Source: Turneriella sp.
GTDB taxonomy: Bacteria; Spirochaetota; Leptospiria; Turneriellales; Turneriellaceae
Length of the DNA stretch: 64,000 nucleotides
Direction of reading: 5' to 3'
NCBI GenBank assembly: GCA_965279515.1
Contig: CBDIID010000003.1
Span: forward strand, 3,552,001-3,616,000
Made by a program: the position numbers and the translations under genes. Below are positions 48,085 to 57,419 of the stretch, piece after piece. Numbering within the stretch: the first letter of the stretch is position 1; each line of letters starts with the position of its first letter. The notes beneath the pieces were generated by a model that made no database searches, was not told the DNA's origin, and saw only the letters and a program-made list of their open reading frames with translations.

Positions 48085-48111
48085 TGGCATCCGGCATCGT
48101 CGCATTTCGTA
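48085..48111 (+). promoter_or_regulatory. ECF-type promoter candidate TGGCAT-N17-CGTA
   Basis: 12 nt upstream of ATG 48124. Confidence 0.65.
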
Positions 48112-48123
48112 TGAGACGTACGC

Positions 48124-48468
48124 ATGGATGAGAAAAAATATGACCTATCGTTTACCCTGGGGTATCATGCCGATGTCGCCAACCTGCAATTGATGGGGGC
48201 GCTTTCGGTGCATACCGGTTACCTGCTCAAAAACACGGCTTCGGGTTTGCTGGCCGAAAAGATTAGCGGCCTGGTGCTCCACGTGTCCGATGTCACGCAC
48301 ATGGACACCGGCGGCTTAATCGCCCTGATGACGGTTTTCAGGAATTGCGGCAAAAAGAACGTGTTCTTTGCAATCCATGGGGAGAACCCCATCGTGGAAA
48401 AAATACTGGAGAACAGCGGATTATCAAAGCTGTTTACCCGACAGCCCGCTTCTTTGCAGACAAGCTAG
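48124..48468 (+). CDS. STAS domain protein (anti-sigma antagonist-like)
   Basis: L.G.L...V.HMDTGGL..L...V..ILE.SGL..LF. Confidence 0.75.
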   Translation: MDEKKYDLSFTLGYHADVANLQLMGALSVHTGYLLKNTASGLLAEKISGLVLHVSDVTHMDTGGLIALMTVFRNCGKKNVFFAIHGENPIVEKILENSGLSKLFTRQPASLQTS

Positions 48469-49326
48469 GTTCAGATTCTTCGTCGTGAGCCCTTTGCCAT
48501 CTGGCCGCCAGCCGGGTCGCGCAAAGAGAAATCCCACAACGTGATAGATTTTTCTGACGGTGGCGAGATCCTGGAACAGCTTGATCCATTCGTGGAAGGC
48601 GATCTTGAACGGGTTGTTCGATTGTACCTGCGTGATGAGACCGTAGCGGCAGGGATCTTCTTCGTCCTCAGAGACGAACGTACCGAACAAACGGTCGAAG
48701 ATGATCACGACACCGCCATAGTTGCGGTCGAGATACTGCGGGTTGGTTGCGTGGTGTGCGCGGTGGTGCGACGGTGTGTTGAAAAAATATTCAAACCAGC
48801 CGAGTTTCGGAATCAGTTCCGTGTGCAGCCAGAACTGGTATAAAAGATTCATGCCGAGCATGGCGAAGACAACCTTGGCCTCGAAGCCGATGAGAATGAG
48901 CGGTACAAAGAAGAAGTAGTTTCCGGTAATGGGCCCGGTCCAGCCGAGGCGATAAGCAGCGGAGAAGTTCAAATGCTCAGGCGAGTGGTGTACCGCATGC
49001 GTGGCCCAGAACCAGCGCACCTCGTGGCTGGCACGGTGAAACCAGTAGTAGCAGAACTCGAGCCCCCAGAAGAGGCCAAACCAATGGTACCATCTATCCA
49101 TGGTGATCTGCCAGGGGCGGATGCTTTCGAACCACAAGAACAGCCCGCCCGTGGCGAGGGCCGAAAACATGACGCTCGTGCGGTAGCCGATGGCGACGCC
49201 CATCGACGCCGCGCTCTCTTTCCAGGCGAACTGCCTTTGCGTCATCCGGCGGTAGACCAGAGCCTCGATGAGTGCGAGTACCAGAAGCACCGGGAATGCA
49301 TAGAGAAGGAATCTTTGTTTTTCCAT
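48424..49326 (-). CDS. Sterol desaturase / fatty acid hydroxylase family protein (alkylglycerol monooxygenase-like)
   Basis: YYWFHRASH, HAVHHS, QFWLHTE, HHRAHH, NYGG. Confidence 0.9.
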   Translation of the reverse strand: MEKQRFLLYAFPVLLVLALIEALVYRRMTQRQFAWKESAASMGVAIGYRTSVMFSALATGGLFLWFESIRPWQITMDRWYHWFGLFWGLEFCYYWFHRASHEVRWFWATHAVHHSPEHLNFSAAYRLGWTGPITGNYFFFVPLILIGFEAKVVFAMLGMNLLYQFWLHTELIPKLGWFEYFFNTPSHHRAHHATNPQYLDRNYGGVVIIFDRLFGTFVSEDEEDPCRYGLITQVQSNNPFKIAFHEWIKLFQDLATVRKIYHVVGFLFARPGWRPDGKGLTTKNLNLACLQRSGLSGKQL

Positions 49327-49465
49327 ATGCTGGATCTACAGGGTTTTTTGACGCATTTCTACACGATTCGTGCGAAGACCTTGACGATTCCGGAATTGCA
49401 AAGGTTTTTCCCAGGATTTGTGCCTATTTTAGGCTATTTTGCTAGGCTGTAGCGGTTGTTAAGTT

Positions 49466-49483
49466 ATTGACACTACTGTCATT
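49466..49483. promoter_or_regulatory. Palindromic operator candidate ATTGACA-CTAC-TGTCATT overlapping a TTGACA -35 box
   Basis: Same TGACA-N4-TGTCA core as 7841-7858; lies in a divergent intergenic region. Confidence 0.6.
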
Positions 49484-49537
49484 AGTTTGATTTTTACCTC
49501 AACGTCGATCAAAACTTCTGACCGTTAAGGGGATATT

Positions 49538-50389
49538 ATGAAAATCTTAGTTATGGGCGGCTCCAGCGTCGCCGGGCAGGCGACCATCCAGGCAATCCGC
49601 CAATTTGACCCTAAGGCGCTCATTGTGTCTACGACATCGCGCGATGAGGCGGTTTTAGGTGCGGATGAAACCATCATGGGCATCAGCTCCACCGATGCAG
49701 CGATGCACACGCTGCTTGCGAAAAAAATCGCCCCGCATGGCAGCATGGATTTTATGTTCTATATGCCGGCTTATGGCAAGGTCGGTTTTCCCGTCATGCA
49801 GAGCACGCGCGAAGACGCCGAGGTGGGGATGGACTTCTCTTACCGGCCGATTGTCCGTGTTATGGAGACCATCGAAATTGGTACAGCCGTCGGCTATACG
49901 GGTTTCTATTGGCTGCCGTCTCTGGTGATGACCTACGGCGCCCTGGCCTTCGCAAAAATCGCGATGGAAGAACTCGCACTGAAGATGCCCGACCGCTTCA
50001 AGGTTATACGCGCCGGTATGTTCATGAGTAAGTCGATCCGCGGTATCAGCATTCTGCTGCAGCGCGTGATGCAAAAAGATCTCGTCGACCACCCCGATTT
50101 CCATGCTTACAAGAAAAACTGGAAGGCTTCGGGCCAAAAGTTCATGGAGTTCTTTGCCGACTATGCCTACGATAAGGAAAACGCGGAGTTCGGCAGTAAA
50201 TTTTCCACGCCATTCCGTGCCACCGAGCCCGAAGACATCATGCCGAGCGTCGCGCGGGTTTTACGCAAGGAACAGGGGCCGTTCTTCAACGTGATCGGTG
50301 ACTGGCAGTGGGTCGAAGACAAGATGCCCGAGTTGCCACCGCTCTTCGGCGAAATGAAAAAACAACTCTACCCCGAAGGCTTGAAGTAA
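49538..50389 (+). CDS. Divergent SDR, enoyl-ACP/CoA reductase-like
   Basis: Rossmann start ILVMGGSS.AG; Y-x6-K motif YGALAFAKIAME; VIRAG. Confidence 0.55.
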   Translation: MKILVMGGSSVAGQATIQAIRQFDPKALIVSTTSRDEAVLGADETIMGISSTDAAMHTLLAKKIAPHGSMDFMFYMPAYGKVGFPVMQSTREDAEVGMDFSYRPIVRVMETIEIGTAVGYTGFYWLPSLVMTYGALAFAKIAMEELALKMPDRFKVIRAGMFMSKSIRGISILLQRVMQKDLVDHPDFHAYKKNWKASGQKFMEFFADYAYDKENAEFGSKFSTPFRATEPEDIMPSVARVLRKEQGPFFNVIGDWQWVEDKMPELPPLFGEMKKQLYPEGLK

Positions 50390-50391
50390 AT

Positions 50392-50937
50392 TTAAGACTT
50401 CTTAGCCAGCATTTCGGCGAGCGTCACCATCGTTAGCCAGTTACGCGCGGTACCGGTGACGCCGAGTTTTTTCTCGATGACACTCAGCACGAACTTGCTC
50501 TTGCCGGCGCCGGCGGGATAGACCGCGTAGAACTCGCTGCCCTTCAGCTCGAATTTTTCTCCCGCCTGGCAATAGGTTTTGAGTTCCGTCAGTTTCGGGT
50601 TCTCCGGAGTAGCTGAGAGTAAAAACACATGGAGAAATTTGGGTATCTTTTTCGCCTCGCCGGCATAGGGGTTGGATTTCAGAATTTTGGGCCAGTCTTT
50701 TTCCGTGCGTATAACCACCGGAACTTCGAAGCCAAATTTTTTTTGAATAGCTTTCTCTACTGCCGAGATCATAGGTTTGGTTTCCCATTCATGATATTCA
50801 AACACCACGTTGCCACTTTGGATATAGGTTTCGACGTTCTTGAACTTCAGGCTTTCAAAGAGCTTATTCAGCTCGGCCATCGGTACACGTTTCTGGCCGG
50901 CGACATTGATGCCGCGTAACAGCGCCACGTATTTCAT
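50392..50937 (-). CDS. DUF1697-family protein
   Basis: YVALLRGINV.G...V.TYIQSGNVVF...T.RNW.T. Confidence 0.9.
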   Translation of the reverse strand: MKYVALLRGINVAGQKRVPMAELNKLFESLKFKNVETYIQSGNVVFEYHEWETKPMISAVEKAIQKKFGFEVPVVIRTEKDWPKILKSNPYAGEAKKIPKFLHVFLLSATPENPKLTELKTYCQAGEKFELKGSEFYAVYPAGAGKSKFVLSVIEKKLGVTGTARNWLTMVTLAEMLAKKS

Positions 50938-50939
50938 GG

Positions 50940-51338
50940 TTAGGGGAAATAGATCTGCCGGATTTCGATGACACGCTTTTGCGTCGGGTCGAAGCGGAAT
51001 TCGAACGGTGTGTCGCGGCTGAACGGCCAGCCAAAATTTTTGCCGTCGCGCGCCGCGGCGAGGTCTGTGACCGTGGCGTCGACATATTCGCCGGCATTTT
51101 TCAGCAGCTGGATTTTTACATTCTTATCGAGAGTAAAGGTTCGGAGTTTCTTGTTGGCATTGATTATCTCGAAGCCGGCATCACAATTACAGTCCCTGAT
51201 GTCGACAAAATCGAGCACGATGTTCCACGGGCCCACAATCTGCGTCAGTTCATGGATGATGGCGGCCTGCGGTTTTTTCGGTGCAGACCCAAGCGAAAAA
51301 AGTGCCAGCGAAAAAAACGCTAATAGTCGCATTCTCAT
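50940..51338 (-). CDS. Hypothetical secreted protein
   Basis: Signal peptide; tightly packed in the minus-strand run; ends IRQIYFP. Confidence 0.65.
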   Translation of the reverse strand: MRMRLLAFFSLALFSLGSAPKKPQAAIIHELTQIVGPWNIVLDFVDIRDCNCDAGFEIINANKKLRTFTLDKNVKIQLLKNAGEYVDATVTDLAAARDGKNFGWPFSRDTPFEFRFDPTQKRVIEIRQIYFP

Positions 51339-51348
51339 AGGCTGTATT

Positions 51349-51945
51349 TCAGTATTTCACCGAGCAGCCATAGGCCTTGGTCTCTTTTGTCGAGACGGCT
51401 TTGCCTGCTGCCAGTTCATCCAATGCGGATGACACATAGTTCTGCGAAGTTTTGATGTCAGAGGCATCTTTGCTCGGCGTGCTGTCGATGGCACCCTGGT
51501 ATTGCAGCACACCTGCCGCGTCGATGATGTACATGTGCGGTGTTGTCTTGGCACCGTATGCCTTACCCACAGCACCATCCGGGTCTAAGAGAATTGCATT
51601 TGCGGCGACCTTGCGCTCGGCCGATTTCTTTTTCCAGTCGGCGATGCTGTAACTGCCCTCTTTGCCGGGAGCGGAAGAATTCACGGAAAGCCAGACAATG
51701 CCCTTCGCAGTATACTTGCGCTGCAGATCTTGCATGTTACCCGAGCCATAGTGTTTTTTCACAAACGGGCAGTCATAGTTGACCCATTCGAGCACGACAG
51801 TCTTGCCCTTGTAATCGGCGAGGCTGTGCGTTTTGCCGTTGATATCCCTGAGACCCGCGAAGGCCGGCGCCGGAGCTCCCGTGTCGACCGCAGCAAGCTG
51901 AAAGGCAGCGATAAAAAGAGCCGTGAATACAAAATTCTTTTTCAT
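51349..51945 (-). CDS. Redoxin / AhpC-TSA family thioredoxin-like protein
   Basis: VVLEW.N.DCPFV.KHY, YGAKTTPHMY, GAID, YGCSVKY. Confidence 0.9.
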   Translation of the reverse strand: MKKNFVFTALFIAAFQLAAVDTGAPAPAFAGLRDINGKTHSLADYKGKTVVLEWVNYDCPFVKKHYGSGNMQDLQRKYTAKGIVWLSVNSSAPGKEGSYSIADWKKKSAERKVAANAILLDPDGAVGKAYGAKTTPHMYIIDAAGVLQYQGAIDSTPSKDASDIKTSQNYVSSALDELAAGKAVSTKETKAYGCSVKY

Positions 51946-51960
51946 TTTTTCTCCTTAAAA

Positions 51961-53943
51961 TTAGTTCGTCAGATTCTGGATATTTTCGAGCATCATGCCT
52001 TCTGTTAAGACCTGCGGCAAAAGCCGGAGGTTCCCTTGTTTGTCGTAAAAGGCATAGACCGGCACACCTGCACGGCCAAGGCGGGTGAGCTCGGCGGCGA
52101 TTATGTCATCGAGGTTGGTAAAATCTGCCTTGAAGAGTGACACGCCGCGCCCGGCAAAAGCCTTCATGACCTTTTCAGTAAAGGCGACCTGTTCATTGAC
52201 TTTGCAGCTCAGGCACCATTCGGCTGTAAAATCGATGAATACGGGCCTCTTTAAGGCCAGTTCGGCATCACGCGCCGCCGGGGAAAAATTGCGCCAGATA
52301 CCGGCTTCGGCATTCGTTTTTTCCGCCGGGGTTAATCCCACTATCGTAAAGCGGATGGCAAAACCCAATGCCAAAACCATAACAATGTACCGAAAGATTT
52401 TGACGGGTAGCCGCGCCGGGGCCACCTGGTGTTTGCCATAGATATAAAGAAAGAACGCAAAGATGAGGATGGCCGTCAGGAGCGAAAACGCGGCGTTTGT
52501 GAGCGCGGCGAAAACCCAGATGAGCCAGAGCGCCGAGCCCGCCATCATGAAGCCGAGCACACCTTTAAAGGTGATCAGCCACGCGCCGGGGCGCGGCAAC
52601 ATTTTACCCGCGCGCGGAAAAACCGCGATGAGCAAAAACGGCAGCGCCATACCGAGGCCGAGCAGCGGAAACATCAGAAAGCCGGCGGCGGCAGGCAGTG
52701 TGAGTGCGGCGCCGAGTGCGCTCGCCATAAAGGGCGCAGTGCAGGGCGTTGCGGCAATGACGGCAATGACCCCGGTCATCGCTTCGCCGATCGCGGGGCG
52801 GGTATTGAGCGCCGGCACGCGGATTTCGAAAACACCAAAAAGATTCAGCGCCATTGCAGCAAAGAGGAATGCCATTGCGGCGATGAACATCGGGTTCTGC
52901 ATTTGAAAACCCCAGCCGACCATCTGGCCGCTGGCGCGCAGAATCAGGAACAGTGCGCCGACCGCGCTGAAGGCGCCGATGACGCCGAGGGTGTAAGGCA
53001 GTGCATGACCCCACCCCGCCTTCGGCACCCCTCCCCTATTAGGGGAGGGGTTGGGGTGGGGTTTTGCATTCGCCAGCGACATAGCCTTGAGTGATAAAAC
53101 CGGCAGTACACAGGGCATAAAATTCAGCAGCAGCCCACCTAAGACAGCGAAGAGAAAAAATAATGCCACGGGCGTTTCATCGCCCGCTTGCGGCAAGGCT
53201 ACCGTATAGTGTGACCACGTATCTTTATCACGGATAGAGAGCAGTAAGCCGTCGCTGCGTTTCTTGCCTGTGGGAAATTCCAGCTGAAGTGCCTTACCAT
53301 CGATCACGGCTTTCGGTGCCGCAATGTCGACTTGTCCCAATGGATCGGCTATGGCGAGGACTTCGAGTGGCGCAACGGGGAGACACATGACAAAACGGTC
53401 AGCGGAGAGTTTTTCAATTTCAAAGGGCGATGGCCGGGGCAAGGCAGCACGCGTCTTGCTGAAAAAAATAACCTCATCGCTATCGCCGGTGCTTTTATCG
53501 GCGCTCTTTACGGGCAGCGAAAATGCCCCACCCGCTGGAATGCAGGACTCGCGGCATTCGAGGTAGTCAAGCTTGCCGGCAATTTTTCCCGCCGTCAGCG
53601 TGACGGGCACGAGCAAGACAACACGGTCGTGATACCCGTAAGATGTCAGCGGCGGCGCGACAATTTTTTCGGGCGGCGGGTAAACGATGTTGCCAAAGAC
53701 AATATCGGCGCCTGCGGGCTTGAGTGTCGCCGCGACGCCGCTGTCGCCGGGGTTCTTGTAATACGTGTGCCAGCCTTTGTCGAGGTCGATCTCCACAGCG
53801 ATGAAAAATTCTTCACCGGGTTTTGTCTCTAACCGCTCACTGCGCAGCTGGACTTTGCTGTGCAGGCCGCCGGGCCCCCGGAATGTTTTTGCGGTGAGCG
53901 CCGTCGCGAGAGACAGGAAAAACAAAACAAAGCACAAGCGCAT
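51961..53943 (-). CDS. dsbD: Protein-disulfide reductase, DsbD family
   Basis: GWHTYYKNPGDSG, C.E.CIP, NFMPCVLPV, ATPCTAPFM, FTAEWCLSCKVNE. Confidence 0.9.
   Translation of the reverse strand: MRLCFVLFFLSLATALTAKTFRGPGGLHSKVQLRSERLETKPGEEFFIAVEIDLDKGWHTYYKNPGDSGVAATLKPAGADIVFGNIVYPPPEKIVAPPLTSYGYHDRVVLLVPVTLTAGKIAGKLDYLECRESCIPAGGAFSLPVKSADKSTGDSDEVIFFSKTRAALPRPSPFEIEKLSADRFVMCLPVAPLEVLAIADPLGQVDIAAPKAVIDGKALQLEFPTGKKRSDGLLLSIRDKDTWSHYTVALPQAGDETPVALFFLFAVLGGLLLNFMPCVLPVLSLKAMSLANAKPHPNPSPNRGGVPKAGWGHALPYTLGVIGAFSAVGALFLILRASGQMVGWGFQMQNPMFIAAMAFLFAAMALNLFGVFEIRVPALNTRPAIGEAMTGVIAVIAATPCTAPFMASALGAALTLPAAAGFLMFPLLGLGMALPFLLIAVFPRAGKMLPRPGAWLITFKGVLGFMMAGSALWLIWVFAALTNAAFSLLTAILIFAFFLYIYGKHQVAPARLPVKIFRYIVMVLALGFAIRFTIVGLTPAEKTNAEAGIWRNFSPAARDAELALKRPVFIDFTAEWCLSCKVNEQVAFTEKVMKAFAGRGVSLFKADFTNLDDIIAAELTRLGRAGVPVYAFYDKQGNLRLLPQVLTEGMMLENIQNLTN
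53008..53062. repeat. Nested palindromic element lying in frame within dsbD
   Basis: ACCCCACCCC-GCCTTCGGC-ACCCCTCCCCT-ATT-AGGGGAGGGGT-T-GGGGTGGGGT. Confidence 0.75.
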
Positions 53944-53986
53944 CGTGAATAATATACGTCGCCGTTGTACAGGAGACAAGTTTTCG

Positions 53987-54982
53987 CTATCCCTGCTTTC
54001 GGATCCAATCGCGGAGATAAGTCCTGAAGTCCCGGAAGCGGATGCCCAGCTCGCGCTGCGCCTTCGCGTTGCTGTAAAAGGAAAACCGGCTGGAGGCGCG
54101 TACCATTTCCGCGGTAAAGGGTGGTTCTTTTTGTAAAAATTCAAAACCCCGCTCGGCGAGCCTGGCGAGAAATTCTGTCGGCCCTGCGATGAGCGGAACC
54201 AGGGGCGCTGTGACACCCAGTTCCCCGGCGATGAAAGCAAACAGGGCGTGGTAGGTCATATTCTCCGCGCCGAGCACGTAGCGCTCGCCGATGCGGCCCT
54301 TTGTCATCGCCGCGATGTGGCCATCCACCACATCTTCGAGCGCGACGCAGTTCGTACCGCCCACCGGGTAGGTCGGCATCTGACCGTTACGGATGAGCTC
54401 GATGTAACGGTTGGCATTCATGGGCGGCACAGGCGACGCTGACGTCTGGCCGAAGGCTATTGTGGAATACCCGTTGCCGCCAAAGATTGTTCCGGGATTT
54501 ACAATTGTGGCGGGCAGCTTCTGTTCACGCACCATGCGCAGTACCAGCTGTTCGGCCTCGTACTTCGTTTCCATGTAACTGATGTCAAGCGGCGCCCAGT
54601 TATAAGGCGTGTCTTCATCGCCTGTCTCATTCTCTGTTGCAACGAAGCCGAGGGTATTGATCGTGCTGGTGTAGACAACCTTGGGGATGCCCTGCGTGAG
54701 TGCCGCGGCCATGACATTGCGGGTGCCTTCGACATTGATACGCCGCTGCGCCGGGCGTTTGTTTTTCGAGAAGCCGACCACGGCGGCGACATGGAAAATG
54801 CCTTCGACACCGTTCACGGCGGTATTTACCGTGGCCGCGGAAAGAATATCGCCCCTCAGGTACTCGCAGTCGAGATCGCCGCGGCGGGTATCGAGTATGC
54901 GCACGCGGTGGCCAGAGGCAATAAGCGCGCGGCAGAGCGCGGCCCCCAGATATCCGTTGCCGCCCGTGACGAGGTAGCGCAT
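53987..54982 (-). CDS. NAD-dependent epimerase/dehydratase (dihydroflavonol reductase-like extended SDR)
   Basis: VTGGNGYLG, FHVAA, NVEGT.NV, YMETK. Confidence 0.9.
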   Translation of the reverse strand: MRYLVTGGNGYLGAALCRALIASGHRVRILDTRRGDLDCEYLRGDILSAATVNTAVNGVEGIFHVAAVVGFSKNKRPAQRRINVEGTRNVMAAALTQGIPKVVYTSTINTLGFVATENETGDEDTPYNWAPLDISYMETKYEAEQLVLRMVREQKLPATIVNPGTIFGGNGYSTIAFGQTSASPVPPMNANRYIELIRNGQMPTYPVGGTNCVALEDVVDGHIAAMTKGRIGERYVLGAENMTYHALFAFIAGELGVTAPLVPLIAGPTEFLARLAERGFEFLQKEPPFTAEMVRASSRFSFYSNAKAQRELGIRFRDFRTYLRDWIRKQG

Positions 54983-55077
54983 GGCCGTCGTTGACGGGCC
55001 ATAACCCGCCGCATAGATAAATCCGGCGGAATCATACCACTTGACTTACTATGTCGTTTTGCGGCAGGGACAAGTCA

Positions 55078-55440
55078 ATGCTCGATAAGATCAAGGGGCT
55101 GAGTTATACCATAACCGACGAGACAGGGCTCAGCGTTGTGCATTTGGTGGGCGACCTCAATATGTTTTCGGCGCCCGACCTGAGAACGAGTCTCGTGAAG
55201 AAACTCGAAGGCGGGGTGAAACGTTTTATTTTTGACCTGACGCAGCTGGCTTTTGTCGATTCTTCAGGTATAGGTATTCTCGTGAGTTTTGTCAGCATGA
55301 CTAAGAAAACCGAAGGCGGCAAGGTCATTCTCTGCGGCCTCAACCCCCAGATACGCAATATCTTTGAAGTCACCCGCCTGCTGTCGGTTTTCACGGTGGT
55401 CGAAGACATCACAGTGGCACGCGAGGCGATGGCGGCGTAG
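55078..55440 (+). CDS. STAS anti-sigma factor antagonist (RsbV/SpoIIAA-like)
   Basis: GDLN..SAP.L, FVDSSGIG.L, IFEVTRL. Confidence 0.9.
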   Translation: MLDKIKGLSYTITDETGLSVVHLVGDLNMFSAPDLRTSLVKKLEGGVKRFIFDLTQLAFVDSSGIGILVSFVSMTKKTEGGKVILCGLNPQIRNIFEVTRLLSVFTVVEDITVAREAMAA

Positions 55441-55443
55441 GCG

Positions 55444-55821
55444 ATGGAGATCACGATTTTTGCCGTTATGGAAGAAACTCTTAAAAAAGCGCTGAAAACG
55501 GGCATTGAGACCTTGATCTCGGTGACCGAAGAAGTGCGCCACGGCCTGACCGTGCTCGATAAAGATATTCAGGAACTCAGCCGCCGCGTGAAAGATTCGA
55601 ACACTGCTGAGAAAGCCAACGAAAAGCTCGACGAACTCATCGATAAATCTGTCTCTGCGATACGCGACTATGAGCGCCGCGCAACCGAGATCAGCCAAAA
55701 GGTGCAGCAGCATCTCTCTGAGGTAGACCCTATGGCGCGCCAAAGCGTCGAAGAACTTTCGGAGAAACTGAACGCCCTGGCCAAAAGCCTCTCCGGACGC
55801 GAGCCCTCCCAAAAAGCCTAA
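55444..55821 (+). CDS. Hypothetical coiled-coil (phasin-like) protein
   Basis: LKKALKTGI start; all-helical amphipathic sequence. Confidence 0.55.
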   Translation: MEITIFAVMEETLKKALKTGIETLISVTEEVRHGLTVLDKDIQELSRRVKDSNTAEKANEKLDELIDKSVSAIRDYERRATEISQKVQQHLSEVDPMARQSVEELSEKLNALAKSLSGREPSQKA

Positions 55822-55874
55822 AAAAGCGGCCCTAAACCGTCGATACTCTCCCAGATAGGGGCGTCTAATACACC

Positions 55875-57416
55875 ATGCAATTCCGACAAATCCTTCCTTA
55901 CGTATGTGCTTTTACCCTGCTTTCAGGGCTTTCGGCGCAGAACCAGAAGGTGAGCAGCAAAGACATCGCGGCCGAGGTCGATAAGCTCAACTGGGAGGGC
56001 ATCGATCTCTCGAATGATGCGCGTTACCGTGACGCCGCTGACCGTTTCCAGAAGGCCATCACCCTCGATGACACGCGCGCCGCGCGTTCGTACCACAATG
56101 TCGCCTATACCTATGAGCTGACCGGGGACAAAAACAAGGCGCTCGAGAGTTACCAGAAGGCGGTGCAGCGTAACCCCCGGCAAACCATCTCGTGGCAGAG
56201 CCTGGGTAAGATGCAGTATTCGATGGGCCTCTATAAAGATGCCGTAATTTCGGGTGAGACAACGCTGAAACTCGACCCACGCAACGTGCCGGTACAGAAA
56301 TGGCTGCCCGACGCCTATGCAAAACTCGCCGAGCAGAAGATGTATGACGCGCGCAACGATTATACCGGCGATGCGGCGACGAACCCCAACTGCGAGGCGC
56401 GCCCCGAAGTCATCGCCGAGGTCGGCACGCACTTCACGGCCATCGGCGCTATCGACAAACAATCGACGGCATTTAACTATTACCAGCCGCAGGGTTTATT
56501 AAAATCTGTCGCCGGCGTCTACGCGGAGTTCCATCCGCTGCGCGAGCTGACATTCCGCCTGAACGGCAAAACGCCCTATTTTGGTATTCTGCAGCCGAAT
56601 TTTTATGCCGGCCAGCAAAATATCGAGATGCAATATAACTTCAAGTACCTGTTTGTGGGCGGCGGCATTCTCTTCAGCCAGATCAATGTCGGTAGCAGCA
56701 CGATTCCGCCGCAGACAACTTCGTACATCCAGAACACCGACTACACTTCGCTTTCCGATACAAAGTTTGGCCTCTTCATCGGCGGGCGCGACGAGCTCAA
56801 CTATTTCATTTTGAAGATCTATCCACGTTACCTGTTCCGCGACGATACTTCAGGGCCGAAGAGCAGCAGCTTCGACGTCGTGAAGATTGATCTCGAATAC
56901 CGCCGCAACCTGCGCCTGAGTATCGGTACGGTCGTCGACGAGAAACAGCCGATCAGCAAGGGGCCGTTCACCGACATCATTGTCAAGGTCGGCATCGACG
57001 AAGTTTACATCACCGAATTTAAGCCCGTGACCGGCACTGACGCGGTCGGCCACTACTTCGGTACCTACGACTTTTCGATCGGTATGGAGTTCGGTAAGCT
57101 GCAGCGCGAATTCGACAAGATCGGTTTTACCTACGGCTTCTTGCTGACCGAGCGCCTTTACTTCCAGGATACCAACAACACCAACCTGACAGGCTTCGGC
57201 AACGGCCAGGGTTACTTCGGCCTCAACACCAGCGGCGCGGCAACCGGTAATGCCTTCTCCTCATTCCGCAACACATCGTTCATTGTGACAGCCTTTTCAG
57301 CGCAGATGTTTAAAAACCGCTACATACTGCGTGAAAAACTGTTCTTCGAATCCACACCGGGTTCCGAGCGTAACCATGCGATTGGTTTGCAGGTCGCTTT
57401 TGGCGTAAGGTTTTAG
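55875..57416 (+). CDS. Secreted TPR protein with probable C-terminal outer-membrane beta-barrel
   Basis: Signal peptide; TPRs (A...FQKAI.LD, SYQKAVQRNP); beta-rich tail ending FGVRF. Confidence 0.7.
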   Translation: MQFRQILPYVCAFTLLSGLSAQNQKVSSKDIAAEVDKLNWEGIDLSNDARYRDAADRFQKAITLDDTRAARSYHNVAYTYELTGDKNKALESYQKAVQRNPRQTISWQSLGKMQYSMGLYKDAVISGETTLKLDPRNVPVQKWLPDAYAKLAEQKMYDARNDYTGDAATNPNCEARPEVIAEVGTHFTAIGAIDKQSTAFNYYQPQGLLKSVAGVYAEFHPLRELTFRLNGKTPYFGILQPNFYAGQQNIEMQYNFKYLFVGGGILFSQINVGSSTIPPQTTSYIQNTDYTSLSDTKFGLFIGGRDELNYFILKIYPRYLFRDDTSGPKSSSFDVVKIDLEYRRNLRLSIGTVVDEKQPISKGPFTDIIVKVGIDEVYITEFKPVTGTDAVGHYFGTYDFSIGMEFGKLQREFDKIGFTYGFLLTERLYFQDTNNTNLTGFGNGQGYFGLNTSGAATGNAFSSFRNTSFIVTAFSAQMFKNRYILREKLFFESTPGSERNHAIGLQVAFGVRF

Positions 57417-57419
57417 TTC

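Noticed and set aside
53944..54240. N-terminal extension of dsbD in the ORF track
   Set aside because: It overlaps the epimerase gene; the real signal peptide starts at 53943.
55041..55078. TTGACTT...AAGTCAA inverted repeat
   Set aside because: Long spacer and no second copy found; may simply be divergent -35-like boxes.
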